DNA of 64,000 nt from Lama glama. Lineage: Eukaryota. The translations under genes and the position numbers were made by a program. Of the stretch, positions 1 to 11,985 are shown one piece after another. How positions within the stretch are numbered: the stretch's first letter is position 1; the number at the start of each line of letters is the position of its first letter. The notes beneath the pieces are model-generated. The model worked only from the letters and a program-made list of their open reading frames with translations. It was not told the DNA's origin and searched no databases. The DNA lies in NCBI GenBank assembly GCA_028534125.1, contig CM052817.1:47370001-47434000 (forward strand). Reading direction: 5' to 3'.

Positions 1-1974
1 GCTTCACATGTTACCTTACACAAGGTAGACAGTAAGTTTTCTTGTATATTTCATTTTAATTTGAGAGTGACATTTGCATACAAGTTTACTGTTTGGTTTA
101 ATTTGCTTTCACAGGACTGAAAAACGAAGTACTTGTAAAACATATAGGACAACATTACTCTCAGGGTGTTTTTTTATGTTAATTGTGTAAACGGGTAAGA
201 ACTCTAGAAATTGCTTTTCAGGAACAAAGTGACTAATTATTCTGGGCTTGTGTTACCTGTATGAAGTTATAAAGAAATTGCCTCAAAGTTCATTGGAAAT
301 GGAAAGTTTTTTTTCCTTTAATGCATGTGTCAAATATAGACTGAATAGACACCGCCTATATTTTTTTTACTTTTCGTATTCAACTTTTACAATAGTTAAA
401 TCTTTACTCTTTGTTATATGAGAGATTATTGGGTATATGACTCTAAAGTTAAAAATTAGGTAATTAGATTCAGGTATCAGCATCCTCTCTCATTCACTTT
501 TATATGAGTCCTGTCTGAAAATAAAGTAAGAAAAATAGTACTTTCTATCTTGTGGGGTTATGGTTGGGATTTTACAGTTTTAAAACTTAAAGCAATTCTG
601 TTTAACAATTACGAGTGTGAGGAAATTAGCTCACTTTGGCATTCTCTTAGTCTTAAGTATGTCTTTTTTCCTTTTATTAACTTTGTCTGCCATTAACATT
701 TTAACTTTTGTAATGGTTTTAACTTTAAAAAATGTTTTAACATTGTCAGGAATGAAGACTGTTCTTTTTTTTTTTTTTTTTGGTTATGATTCATTTCTAC
801 ACCAGTTTCCAAAAAAGCTCTTACACAAGGTGTAATGATTGAATAGAATTGAACCTGTGTGTGGGAGACTTAGAAGTTAGTTTGATAAGTATAATCATCC
901 TGTTTTTATTCTAAAGTTAGAAGGAGAACAGTTTATGTTCAGAGAATCACTGTTTCTCACCACAGTGCCTGACATGAATCACCAACTTTGTAGGTAACTT
1001 CATTTCCCTTTCTGTTTCTGGCCTCTGAGTCTCAAGTAACCCTAAGTGTTCTGTGAAGTGCCCTCAACATGCAAGCGTTCTGTCATCTCCTGTGGATTAG
1101 CACCCGGACAACGTAAGGAGATGCTGCTTATCCTGTTCTGAGAGAGAGGAAATTTCATGGAAGTGAAATGGAAGTTGAATGGAGAGAAACTAGCTGGAGT
1201 AAATTTTACTTAGTGATCTTGCAGACTGGACCAGGTGTTAGAAAGATCAGAATCCGTGGTGAGTGTTGAGGGTGAAGTTTGGCCCACCGCACCCACTCAG
1301 AAGGTCAACGGTGGGAGGAAAGGTTTCCAGTCTTTTTTTCCAATTATGGATTTGTGTGTAGGAGAAAGGATGTTCCATTTCCTATTTGACTGTGAAATGT
1401 CCTTCCTTTGGGGTCTCTTTTATTGTATTGGCTCCAGCAGTTTAACCTGCCATCTCACTTAGGCTTCATTTCTATAGAAGTTTCCCATGTTTTTACTTAA
1501 AATTCTTGAGCTTTCTTTCCTTGTTTAGTTAAGGGGTCATTTAAAGCTCCTTGTTTTAGTGGGAGGTTTTGGGGCCATCTCAAATAGAAATTTAGGTATT
1601 TGACATTATTTTAGAGATCTAGGTAGAGCAATGCTATGGTTAAAGAGCTTGGAAACTTGTTGAAATCATTTTGTTTGCTTGCTGAAAGCATTCATTCATA
1701 TGTGATTACTATGGCTTGACTTTTCTGAGAATTGCTCTTTATTATAGTAATGGAGGTAGATAATAAAAGCTATAAATAACTTCAATTTAAATAGAGGATA
1801 TTATTGACAAAGATAGACTTCAACATAAACTGTAGGCAATGCACAGTATTTGGCAATGTACAATATACTTTTACATATAGTTTAAGAACTAGTTAATTTT
1901 GAAGATGTTTCTCTGTAGAATTTGTTTTTGGAACAGTTATAAGGAAACTCACTTTTACAATGAGAATAATATAA

Positions 1975-2130
1975 ATAAATATTTATTGAGTATTGATTAC
2001 ATGCCAGACACTCTGCTAAGTACTTTATATGTATTATGTTTAATAATATAAAAATATAAAAATAGGTAAGAGAGGTTGATCACTGACTGTATAGAATTAG
2101 GCTTAAATACTTAGGGCCTGGATTATTTCA
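1975..2130 (-). mobile_element. MIR SINE fragment
   Basis: atttattgagtattgattacatgccagacactctgctaagtactttatatgtatt resembles the reverse complement of the MIR 3' end. Confidence 0.7.
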
Positions 2131-2825
2131 CATGAAGTTTATAAATATTTGGATTGATTTTTAAATGTTGCCAGATAATCATTAATTTACACAATTTATT
2201 TTGTTTTATTTTGCAATTATAGGTTGATATGAAACTATATGAAATGTTTTGGTGAGAATATAGATTATTTAAACATGGTCTTTGAGAATTTACAGCATGG
2301 TGAGGAACAGTGACTATAGTTTGAGTTTGGGCAGAAATATGGAAAAGTGTGGGGCACAGCTGGTAGACTAGTTAGCTATGTCCAGGAGAAAATTATTGCA
2401 TGAAAATCTGATGAGTCTCCTGAAAGAAAGAGTTTACCTCAGGGGAGAAGAATTCGGCTCTTCTGAGCTTGACTTGGTCTTGGGCATTGAGGGATGGAAC
2501 AATTCTAAGCATAGAATAATGTTTCTTCTTCATATTTTTTTTTATTTCTGTAGCTCTCAATAGAGTTATGTCTGAGTTCCATGGAAATATAGGAGGACAT
2601 TTAAATAAAAACCGTGAGAGAAGCCTTGTTCACAGACATATGGGAAACGTGTCTTGGAGTCTTCCAGAAATACTTGTGACTTATATGGGCCTAGGAACCC
2701 CATATTGGTGACATTCAAGTTATTACTATTAAGACTCACCTGATTGCACCTGTAGATGGGCAAGGCCTGGTAACACAGGGGTTACAGAAATAACTGTCAT
2801 ACTAATGAAAATGCAGTGGAGATAC

Positions 2826-2843
2826 TGAGAGAGAGAGAGAGAG
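2826..2843. repeat. (GA)n microsatellite
   Basis: gagagagagagagagag seen directly. Confidence 0.9.
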
Positions 2844-3690
2844 GTGTGGCGAGACGGACAGATGGGCATTCAGAGGACAGAATGACAGGAATGATTGCTT
2901 CCATCTCCCTCCTTGTGGTCAAGGAAGACTTCAGGGAGGTGAATCTTAAAGAATATTTAATAGTGAAACATGGAGAAATAGGAAAGAGAGGGGATGCCAG
3001 TCCATATGGAAGAGAATATGGAAGTAAAGACATGGACATAGCAAGTACGGGGAAGGACGGCAGTGAAAACTTTAGTTGGCTTCATCATAGAACATTGTAA
3101 ACAGTGGCAATAAACAAGAGTGTCCCGATCAGAATTGTATTTGGGAAAGCTAATTAAATAGGTTACATGGTGGAAAGCGACATAGAAGTAGACGTAATGC
3201 AGAGCAGTTCGAAGGCTAGTGCAACAACTATGATAGTCTAACACAATACAGCACAGTAACAGATAGTATGATTAGGAACCAGAGAAGTAGCTGTGGACAG
3301 AGCGAAAGGGGAGACATTCATGACATCGCTGAGTGGATTTCTATGGTTTGGCAAAAAAGTGGATGGAGAAGAAGAAGAGAGTGTGTCTAGGGGTATCAAA
3401 GATGAGCTGAAAGATTTAAGCTGGCATGATTAAGGAAATCCGGAAAACAGAAGAACATGGGAAGAAAAATGTGATAAATTCTCCCTGAGATGCAGATGAG
3501 CAGGCTGTACAGATGGAGATGTTTAGCAGACAGCTGGGAGTTGTGGGAACTGTGGAGAGGGTAACATGGCCAGGGACAGGAGCTGGAAGACTTGTGCATG
3601 AAGGAGATAACTGAAGCTGGGCCAGTGAATTGAGTTGAGGATGTCCAGATAGGAGAGCTGAAGTAAAGGCTTGGAGAATACCTATTTTTA

Positions 3691-3786
3691 AATAGGCTTT
3701 TTAAAAAAAGCAAATTTAGGTTTATAGCAAAATTGGGCAGCAGGTACAGAGATTCCCCCAGTATCCCCGGACTCCACATGAGCAGA
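3691..3786 (-). mobile_element. Short old L1 (L1MC-like) 3' end nested in L2
   Basis: tttaggtttatagcaaaattgggcagcaggtacagagattcccc resembles an L1MC 3' terminus; flanked by the near-direct repeats aatacctattt / aatacctgttt. Confidence 0.55.
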
Positions 3787-5019
3787 AAATACCTGTTTAT
3801 AGAGCAAGAAAAGCAAGAGCCAGAGGAAAAGACAGAAGTGACTGAGCAAAGGGAACAAAACTCCAAGAGTAGAATGTTTATAGAAACCAAAGGATTTAAT
3901 TTAGGGTCAAATTTAAATTGGTGAACAAATAACATTACATAATACTTTTTGTTTGGAGTGTTCTTGTTAACCCAAATAAGGACAAAATAGCATTTCTAGA
4001 GCAATTATTAGAGGATCTACTGAAAAATAGCCACAAGTGATTGTGACTTATGTATTGGTATCATGAAATATATCTGTTCATGGTCAACAGCTAGATATTT
4101 CAAAGTTTCTCTTTAAAAAATGTAAAATATTTCCCCCAAATCTTATTTTTCTCAGGTATCAGAAAATCACCTAAATCCCTTTTGACTCATCTTCCCCATG
4201 TGAAAAAGGACTATACTCACTGTTTTCTAATGTTGCCTTGGAAAATATCTTAGAACAGTAAAATAAAAGTGACTCAGTTTTTTAGCCCAAGAGTTATTGA
4301 GAAATTTTAACAACTAATCTGTACTAACCCTCTCCTTCAGTCTGCTTATAGACTAGTCAGAATCACTGCGAATGAGTCATTGCTGAGGGACAGAGCAGAA
4401 GCAAACACTCCAATTCTTAGCCTGGTAATAGAGAGGAGGTATGGAGGGTGAGTGAGGTTTGTTTATGCAGGGGAACTTCCATATTGTACTTTAAAGACTT
4501 ACATGTGTTTTATAATGTGCACATTTGTTTATTGCAATTCGTGGATGCACTTTTTGAATTGGGCATATTAACTGTGCATATTATCCTTCATGGAGAATGA
4601 TATCATGCATTTCCATGTTATTGTGTTTGTTACTTGTGTGTACTCTGAGCTAAAAGTTATATGCCTGATGTGAATAGGGATATATGTGGCTTTTAAAAAT
4701 AAGCATAAATTCATGGGCATTTATTTATATGACCCCTGTGGAATGGGCAATAAAGTATTTAATGTGCAAGTCAAGAAACAAGTGCAGTTAACTCTGTATC
4801 GGACATTAATAACAAGAGACATTGAATCCTTAGGAAGAAAATAGACAAAGCGCCTATAGAGAGTTTCATGTTAGGCTAGTAGAATAAATGCAAGAGTGGC
4901 TCTTGATTTTCCATCATCCTGAAAGGATTTCAGGGAGGAAGTAGTAGAATTTTATAGTGGTTTAAATGCTCATTGAGAAACACTGCCGTACAAACAGTGG
5001 ACCAAAACAAGGTGTGTTC

Positions 5020-5470
5020 TCAGCATATCCCATCCTTATCAGTTGTTTGTTGTTGTTGTTGGCAAGAGAAATAGTATTGACTAACGTGGAAAAATACGAA
5101 ATACTAGAAGTGTATTAGGTAACTCACAGAAGTTGAAGGAAAAGCCAAAGAGCCAAGTTTCAAAAAGGCAGGACCCAGGACAGCTCACAAACTCTCAGTC
5201 AAAATCTGTTTCTAGGGAGACTGGAATAGTTGGGTTTCAACCATTATTATCATGTATGGCCTTTCTCTAGATTCACATTTCCAGGAATGAGATTCCAGTT
5301 AGGTCATCTTGGACTGGGTCACCCTTTGAAATCTGGCCTGGTAATTGATGGTCTACCAGAGCCAAATGGATTAAGAGGACTTGCTCTCCAAAGAGGCATG
5401 AGATGCGGTTACCACAGGAAGGAAAAAGATGCTGGACAGGCAGACACGAGAAGCCTGCCGTAGACAGTGA
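5020..5470. mobile_element. MaLR LTR (MLT1-like) remnant
   Basis: MLT1-like motifs such as aggtaactcacagaagttgaagg and aaagatgctggacaggcaga; orientation not resolved. Confidence 0.5.
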
Positions 5471-6168
5471 TGGTGTTGTAGGTCTTTGAAAAAAAAAGTG
5501 AATAAAATGGACTCGAGAGGTCTGAAACCAAATCTAGAATTATACACACTCACATACGCAGATACACACACGATACACACACCCAGTCGTGTGTTTTATA
5601 GACTGCTTATGGATGATCTCTGCCGCTTTTTTCCTTCATTCACTACTCTTATGGTTGACATATTGAGTAACATACTACAGGCTGCTTTTCTTCCCTCAAA
5701 GAGAAAACTTAAAGAAATACAAGAGGCCCCCAGAGATACATTATTATAGACTATAATGTATGACAAGTGCTGAGGTGGAAGGTCATTTTTTGGTTGTTAA
5801 TGAAGACGGTTTATTTTTTTTTAGGCGAAGAAGTGTGTTCTCACATCATTTTGTTTGAGTACAATTTCTATTGACTTCCATGAATATTCTTATCTGTCAG
5901 TATGCATAGATTCTCCTGCCGAAATAAGCTTTTCCTTCTGGTGTACTGTTTGGTTTCTGATCCAGAACTTGATTTACTATAATTAGAAACATGTACTATG
6001 CTGTCAACAAAAATCTAAAACTTGTCACTGACTTTGTGAATGATTGTTTTAGATAGATTCTCATTTTATTTTAATAAGGGGAAGAAATTTCTCATTGTAG
6101 TTCACACATTCTAGACAAAAGAATAAAAAATTTCATCTGAAGTCATTTATAGATCTTTCAGGTTCCAG

Positions 6169-6597
6169 CAGTGGTTCTCAAACTTCATTTGGCATGAGCC
6201 TCACCTGGGGAGATTGCTAAAAATACAGATGTCTCGGTCACCATCCAGAGATTTGGATATTTATTTATTTAGTTAGTTAGTTATTATTTATTTATTTATA
6301 ATTGAAGTATAGTCAGTTACAATGTGTCAATCTCTGATGTACAGCATAATATCCCTTATAAACATATGTAATTCATTTTCATACTTTTTCATTAAAGATT
6401 ATTACAAGATTCTGAACATAGTTCCCTAGGCTATTCAGAAGAAATTTGTTTTTTTACTTATTTTTATATATAGTAGTTAATATTTGCAGATCTCAGAGAT
6501 TTGGATTTGATCAGTCAGGATGGGGCTCAAGATTCCAGTTTTATCAAATATTCCAGATGATTATGTTGTCTGGGGACCACACTCTGGAACATCCTGC
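6169..6597. mobile_element. MER5-type hAT-Charlie MITE split by an L1 insertion
   Basis: Starts cagtggttctcaaac, ends ggggaccacactctggaacatcctg; the two halves are separated by the L1 at 6259-6493. Confidence 0.75.
6259..6493 (-). mobile_element. Young L1 3' end, heavily 5'-truncated, with 13-bp TSD
   Basis: T-rich tail then ttgaagtatagtcagttacaatgtgtcaa, the same 3'UTR as the copies at ~41660 and ~49018; cagagatttggat at both 6246-6258 and 6494-6506. Confidence 0.9.
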
Positions 6598-7158
6598 TCT
6601 AGATGGTTTTGTATTAGCTTGTGAACAGTGTCAGAAAAGTAAGAATTGTGTGTAATTCGTTCAGAGGTGTGGAATTGAATTATTATAACATTGATCATTC
6701 AGATCACTAATTGTTGAACTACACTTTGACTCAAGTGGGCCAAGAATTCTGTTCTAACTGAAAATGGTAGATGACTTATATGGAAGTTAATGAGAAAGGA
6801 AAGTCTGTGAGTGAATTCTACATTCTTAAGTAATACTTTAGTTCTAGATGCATCTCATATACTAATAATATGCGTTTTGTTTTTTTGTATATGAGAGTAT
6901 TCCAAGGTGTGTTAGAACATTCTTCTCTTTGTTCTTTCTTCTGACAAGTCAGTATTCTCTGATAAATATATTACAGCAGGTGCATAAAGACTGTAGTTTC
7001 ATCCTATAGGCCCTTGCAAGTTGTATTCTCATGGATGTACTTTTTCTTCTGAAAACAAAGTGGTTTTTTTCCCCAGGTTTTTCTAGCAAAAAACTTTTTT
7101 TTTCACATCTGTCTCTCTCAACATGAGATGGTTTGAGTTGTGATGTCATTTTTTTAAA

Positions 7159-7237
7159 TTAACTGTGAGTAGAGCTGACACTGTCAGTGATACAGCGGGA
7201 AGGACGCCAGGAAGTCAGATTTCCGTTGCCAGAGGCA
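7159..7237 (-). CDS. Speculative terminal coding exon of a candidate antisense small ORF ((S)ASGNGNLTSWRPSRCITDSVSSTHS*)
   Basis: Acceptor-like tttttatacgatccacAG on minus; phase-compatible with the 8862-9001 segment and open to TAA; locally CpG-rich unique sequence; no homology recognised. Confidence 0.15.
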
Positions 7238-8861
7238 CTGTGGATCGTATAAAAAGTTACAGGGAGCGGGTAGACCAGCGTGGAGCACAGCAATCAGACG
7301 CAGTGTTCACTTTTGAGCAAAATTATAAATATTTAGCATATAGTGGTTAGCTGTATAAGACAAAGGACACATTTTACTATATGTAATATGGGAAAAAATG
7401 GATTACCTACTAGTCCTTTCAGTAATGTCTGAACATACATAGTTATAATCATCTGCAGAAGCATCCACATATATACATAGAAAGGCTAGACAGCCACACG
7501 GCTGATATCTAAATTTTTAAATTACCATAGCTTTTCAAAGTCTCAAGTAAGAAAAGCAAATCTAGTAGGTTTTTTGCCTTTTAACTGAGCTGAAAAAGGC
7601 CCTCAAAGCAAAAATAATGGCCTGCTTTTAGTGGTGTGAATGCAACAACATGTTTTTTGCTCAAATTATTTAGACAAACTTCTGTATAATGTCAAGATTA
7701 GGTCAGTTTTAATGTAAACAGACACTCTTTTTCTTATGATGATCATTAACCTAGAACAAAAAGCACTGAGATTTTGTTGGAGGAGTCTTGGTTATATTTT
7801 GAACACTAGTGCCCTAGCTGCAGAACCCTGAATATTTGTGAATCCTATGGCACAGTGTGTTTAGGGGTGTGAAAATATGCTTTCCTTAAAAGCTCGGCTG
7901 GAATTTTATGATATTCTCCTGGGCTAATAATTATTGAGCTATCTTCTGGTAAAATATTTTAATGTTTAATGTAATACTAAATGGTGTATAGTAACTGAAA
8001 GATTCTCATTGATGTGTCTTCAGTCATATCATTTCCATAATATAAGAGATGGACATCTTTTGAAAGTTCTTCAAAAGAGTATGTTTGTAGGTACCTTTTA
8101 CAGAACAGAAGTAATGACATTAAACTGGTAAAAAAAGGTGCTAATTCTACCACATGCCGAGGTCCACCTTATTCTACTTTTTTCATCATGATACAAAACA
8201 TAGTCTGGATTTTATGGTAGAATCTATATACCTGTTTCCAGAATAGAAGTTTCTGTAGCCTTAAGTGATAGGATAAAATACGCTGACATTTTATCTTTAC
8301 AAAAATCATTTCTGAACGCTTTTGCCCTTCCATTTTAAATTTGTGGATTAGATAGGGAAGAAACCTTCAATTACTTGGCTTGTGTATTTAATAACTTCCC
8401 TGTAGATAGACAAGCAAAGCGTGCTTTGAATTCAGGGCTGTGACAACCACCAAAGGTGAGAACTGGAATGACTCCAGGAAGAAACACAGGGTACTAGAAA
8501 TTATTACTGTGCAAAGTGAGAGGTGAGGACGGGAGGAGAGAAGTCCCTTTAGGTTTTGAGCTTTCAAAATATGGAATCAAAATGAAAGATTTTTACTGAT
8601 GTGTGGCTGAGTGTTACTGTTATAATAAATGGATTATTTCTTAGATGTATTTGAGTTGAAATACATAGAATCATAATTATCATCTTCAGAAACCAAATGG
8701 GAAAAGAATGTGCAAAAGAACAGAAAACCATAGAGAGTGGGGAGGCAATTGGGCCTCCTACTCCCCCATGTCTCAGCTTTAAAGAGTCTTGCTCATTCTG
8801 TTTAATATCTGTCCTCTTAGACATGTCAATGGATTTAAAATGAGTAAGTCTTGTGTGTTAC

Positions 8862-9001
8862 CTACAGGAGCGCCAACTACCTCTGACACTGAGCAGTGCT
8901 GGTCCTGGTGGGCTGGAATGGGTCAGCTCCATCGTGGTGGCAGCAGTGGTGATACTGGGAGTGGCAGGCACTTTTACACTCCTCTGCTGCGCGGAGGGAT
9001 G
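8862..9001 (-). CDS. Speculative internal coding exon (HPSAQQRSVKVPATPSITTAATTMELTHSSPPGPALLSVRGSWRSC)
   Basis: GC-rich unique island; acceptor aatcctcacaAG, donor AG|gtaaca; 140 nt open in frame 0; no homology recognised. Confidence 0.25.
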
Positions 9002-10467
9002 CTTGTGAGGATTAATACCCAACAGGAAACAATCGTTCGACAGATTGTGAAAGTTGTAAGGGATCAGGCTGTTGCTCCTCCTGCCTCTGCAGACTTGAGG
9101 AAGGTGAGATCTGAATGCCATGGTCACGACAATCCACAAGATGGAGTTATTTTACACTGCTAAAACATTTCCAAAATGGACACTTGCGTGAACAATGCTG
9201 CTTTCAGCAAGACCAGGCACAAAATAGGAACACTTGGTTTATTACATTCAAATATGTGTCTGGAAATCTGCACAAAAGCTGCTGCTTTGATGACCCCTTA
9301 ATTATTCCAGTTGTATCAAGCCTGTAGGTTGAACATTTCCTCTGTAGGATTAAACATGCTCCTTTCTTATGCCATGTTCGTAGGAAATACAGCTGGATCT
9401 TGGGAAAAGTCTAATAAACTTCTTTTGACAAAATTGTAACTCATTTCAATAGATTAAATGGAAGAAATAAGAAAAAGACTTTCCCATCCTAGTCATCTTC
9501 TATCCCTTAGCATAATGATTGGCACACAGTGGGCACATGGTCTGTCTGTGGCGAGCAAGATCACTTACGAGGGAAGATGTAGAACAGACATAGTGCTGAA
9601 TTGAACTAGGACGTAATGTGTTAATTTGTTTCTGTGCAACATCCTTGCTGCTTAGTAGGTCTGATTTATGCTCCTTTTTCCTTTTTACCGTGCTGACATG
9701 TATATTCCAAGAAGAGTCTTTTCCCTAAATTGTTTGTAATGTTCACAAGATCTGGGTTGGTAGCATACCTAAGGGATCTGTGCTATTGTGGGAAAGTGGG
9801 ATTTTTTTGCTGCAAATAATTAAGGAATCATTCAACTGAAACAAGTAGGTGTGACTGGATGATTTTCCAGGTATTTGTTTGGAATTGTTATTACATGTGT
9901 TGTAGCCTCAATTGTGTATTTCTATAAAACAAGGTTTTGAAGCAGTTTGACAGAATTTCCCTGCTCTTTTTTCTCTTTTGTAACAAAAAGTAGTGAACAT
10001 CACCTGCATAATTTCTGAACATATAGATGATAATATATAAAGTGTAAGCTCATTGATAATGTAAACATAGCCTTTTTAATCTGAGTGATAAGAAACTGAA
10101 TTGTATAACTTTTCTGGCTATAGCAATATGTGTAGAAATTTTTGGTCTCAAACACAAAATGCAAAAGATTTGGACAGTTCTTTATGGTTTTTTTTTTCTT
10201 CTTCAAATGTGGCCAAGAAAATAGATAAGGAAAGGGCCAAAGTTTTTAAAAATCAAGCTTTATAAGCTCATCAGAGTTCTTATTGATGGTAGTGCCTATT
10301 TGGATTATTAAACTCTTTTTAGCAGAATAGAGCTCTTTACTAGTTAATATAATTTACCAAGTTTGTTGGCTTGGCCTGACTTTACGGTGATATGCTTTGG
10401 TTTATATGCAAAGGGAGAAAATAAGACACTGAATATATAGGAAAAGGTATTGTTAATAAGAGTCACT

Positions 10468-10528
10468 ATGCTGTACACCAGATACTAACACAACATTGTA
10501 TATCAACTATACTTCAATGAAAAAAAAT
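10468..10528 (+). mobile_element. Minimal (~60 bp) young L1 3' terminus with short poly(A)
   Basis: gctgtacaccagatactaacacaacattgtatatcaactatacttcaat + A-run is the reverse complement of the L1 tails elsewhere in the window; agtcact on both flanks. Confidence 0.8.
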
Positions 10529-11789
10529 AAGTCACTGCCCAGCATAAGACTGTGCACTCATAGTAAATCTGGAACCAAACGTGATAATTACAGAATGATG
10601 TAACTGATTGTCTATGTATGTTGCCTGGGGCTTCTGTCTCTCTTAGTGGCAGCTTTTAAAATTTTGCTTTGCTGGTTGGCCTTGTGACTCTCTTCTTTAC
10701 TCTCATCTAGTGGGTTGTTTTTGGCTCTGAGCCACCTCTTAAGGAGGTGATTGATTCTTGTGATGGAGTGAAATTACTTCCTGCAAAATTTTAAGGACCT
10801 ATTTTTAGCACAGGCATCTTTTTCTTTCTTTTCAACAGAAGAAAATTCTTGTTAGCTTTCTTCCTTTATTGTCTTCTGTTTGTTTTTCTGAACGTTGAGT
10901 CAATATACTCTATTAACATACATATTTACAATGAGTCATGTATTCTGTGAGAAAGATGATGACCTAAGAGTCAACATACCTTTTATAAAGCATGTAAAAC
11001 CTCTAGCCCAACATCTGACATAGAGTAGCCACTCTGCTTCTCCTCTTGCGACTTGAGAAAATTTCAGCCTCTCAGTATCTTTTTTAAAAAATTCTCATCT
11101 ATAAAATAAAAATAGTGAATGAGCACAGTTTTCATTAAATCCAGTCAACAGACAGTGATAGCTTACTGAGCATTTATTATTTGCAAGGCTCTGTTTTGCC
11201 CTACCACCTTTTAAAACTAACGACGCGAGCTGGGGAACTAGGAAGTGGTGGAGCAGATGAGAAGTGAAGCCCGTCAGAGTGGGGCTGAAGTGTTCCATTT
11301 GAGCTGTCACACCAGCTGCTCTAAGCAGTGCACTGACCGTCAGAAGCCTAGATTCTTCCCTCAATTTATGAACTTGACACTCTTTTTTCTTCAACTATTT
11401 CTTCCATCTGGTAATTCAGTCTGTTTTGGAGAAGCAGCATTTTTTTTCCTCCTATGTCTGATTCGATTTTTTGGTATTAGAAATCTTCCTACTTGAAAGT
11501 TTGATTTTACTAGCTTTTGGTTCTCCTGATGCATTCTAAAAAAACACTTCCTGAATGTATTAACATTGGAGGACTTGTTTCAGAGGCATGATGGAGAGCT
11601 AGATTGCCAGTTGTCTTTGTGAAATAGACATAGAATCTGTGGTTCAAAAACTTTTATTTGCAAATGTGATCCAGATAGGGCTGTGTGCATTGGAATAAGC
11701 CAGGATATAAGTAAAGTGTATGAATATCAAAATTTGATAGTTTAAGTAGTATAGAGACAAGTATTGACCATGAGGATGAATGTAAGTAC

Positions 11790-11985
11790 TGGGTTTTGAA
11801 GTAAATTAGAGCTGGATAAAGCCTGGCTCTGCCATCTATAAACTTTGTTACATCAGGCAAATTTAATTGATTTCTGTAGGTCATAGTCTCATTTATAAAG
11901 TAGGAGCAATATTTTCTATGAAGGTTTTTTGGTCTGGCTTAAACTAAGATAACGTGTAAACGTCCTACTACGCACTGTGCTTTCA
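11790..11985 (+). mobile_element. MIR SINE
   Basis: cctggctctgccatctata...gtctcatttataaagtaggagcaata resembles the MIR core. Confidence 0.6.

Larger units (their letters stand above)
2790..3880 (-). mobile_element. Degraded L2 LINE fragments
   Basis: Purine-rich stretch with L2-like motifs (e.g. gcagacagctgggag, ggagctggaagacttg); boundaries approximate. Confidence 0.6.

Noticed and set aside
15..116. Minus-strand 102-nt exon-like segment with good acceptor and donor
   Set aside because: Stops in all three frames (TGA in the best frame); no homology recognised
1..200. Apparent + strand 83-nt intron (gtaagt at 32 to tttcacag at 114) and exon 115-194
   Set aside because: The putative exon has stops in all three frames and no recognisable peptide; upstream context is outside the window
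3396..3935. 179-aa minus-strand ORF
   Set aside because: Lies across decayed L2 and L1 fragments; Ser/Leu/Phe-rich composition typical of repeat-derived chance ORFs
4260..4390. Paired AP-1 cores (tgactca, tgagtca), and others scattered through the window
   Set aside because: 7-mers expected several times by chance in 64 kb; no independent support
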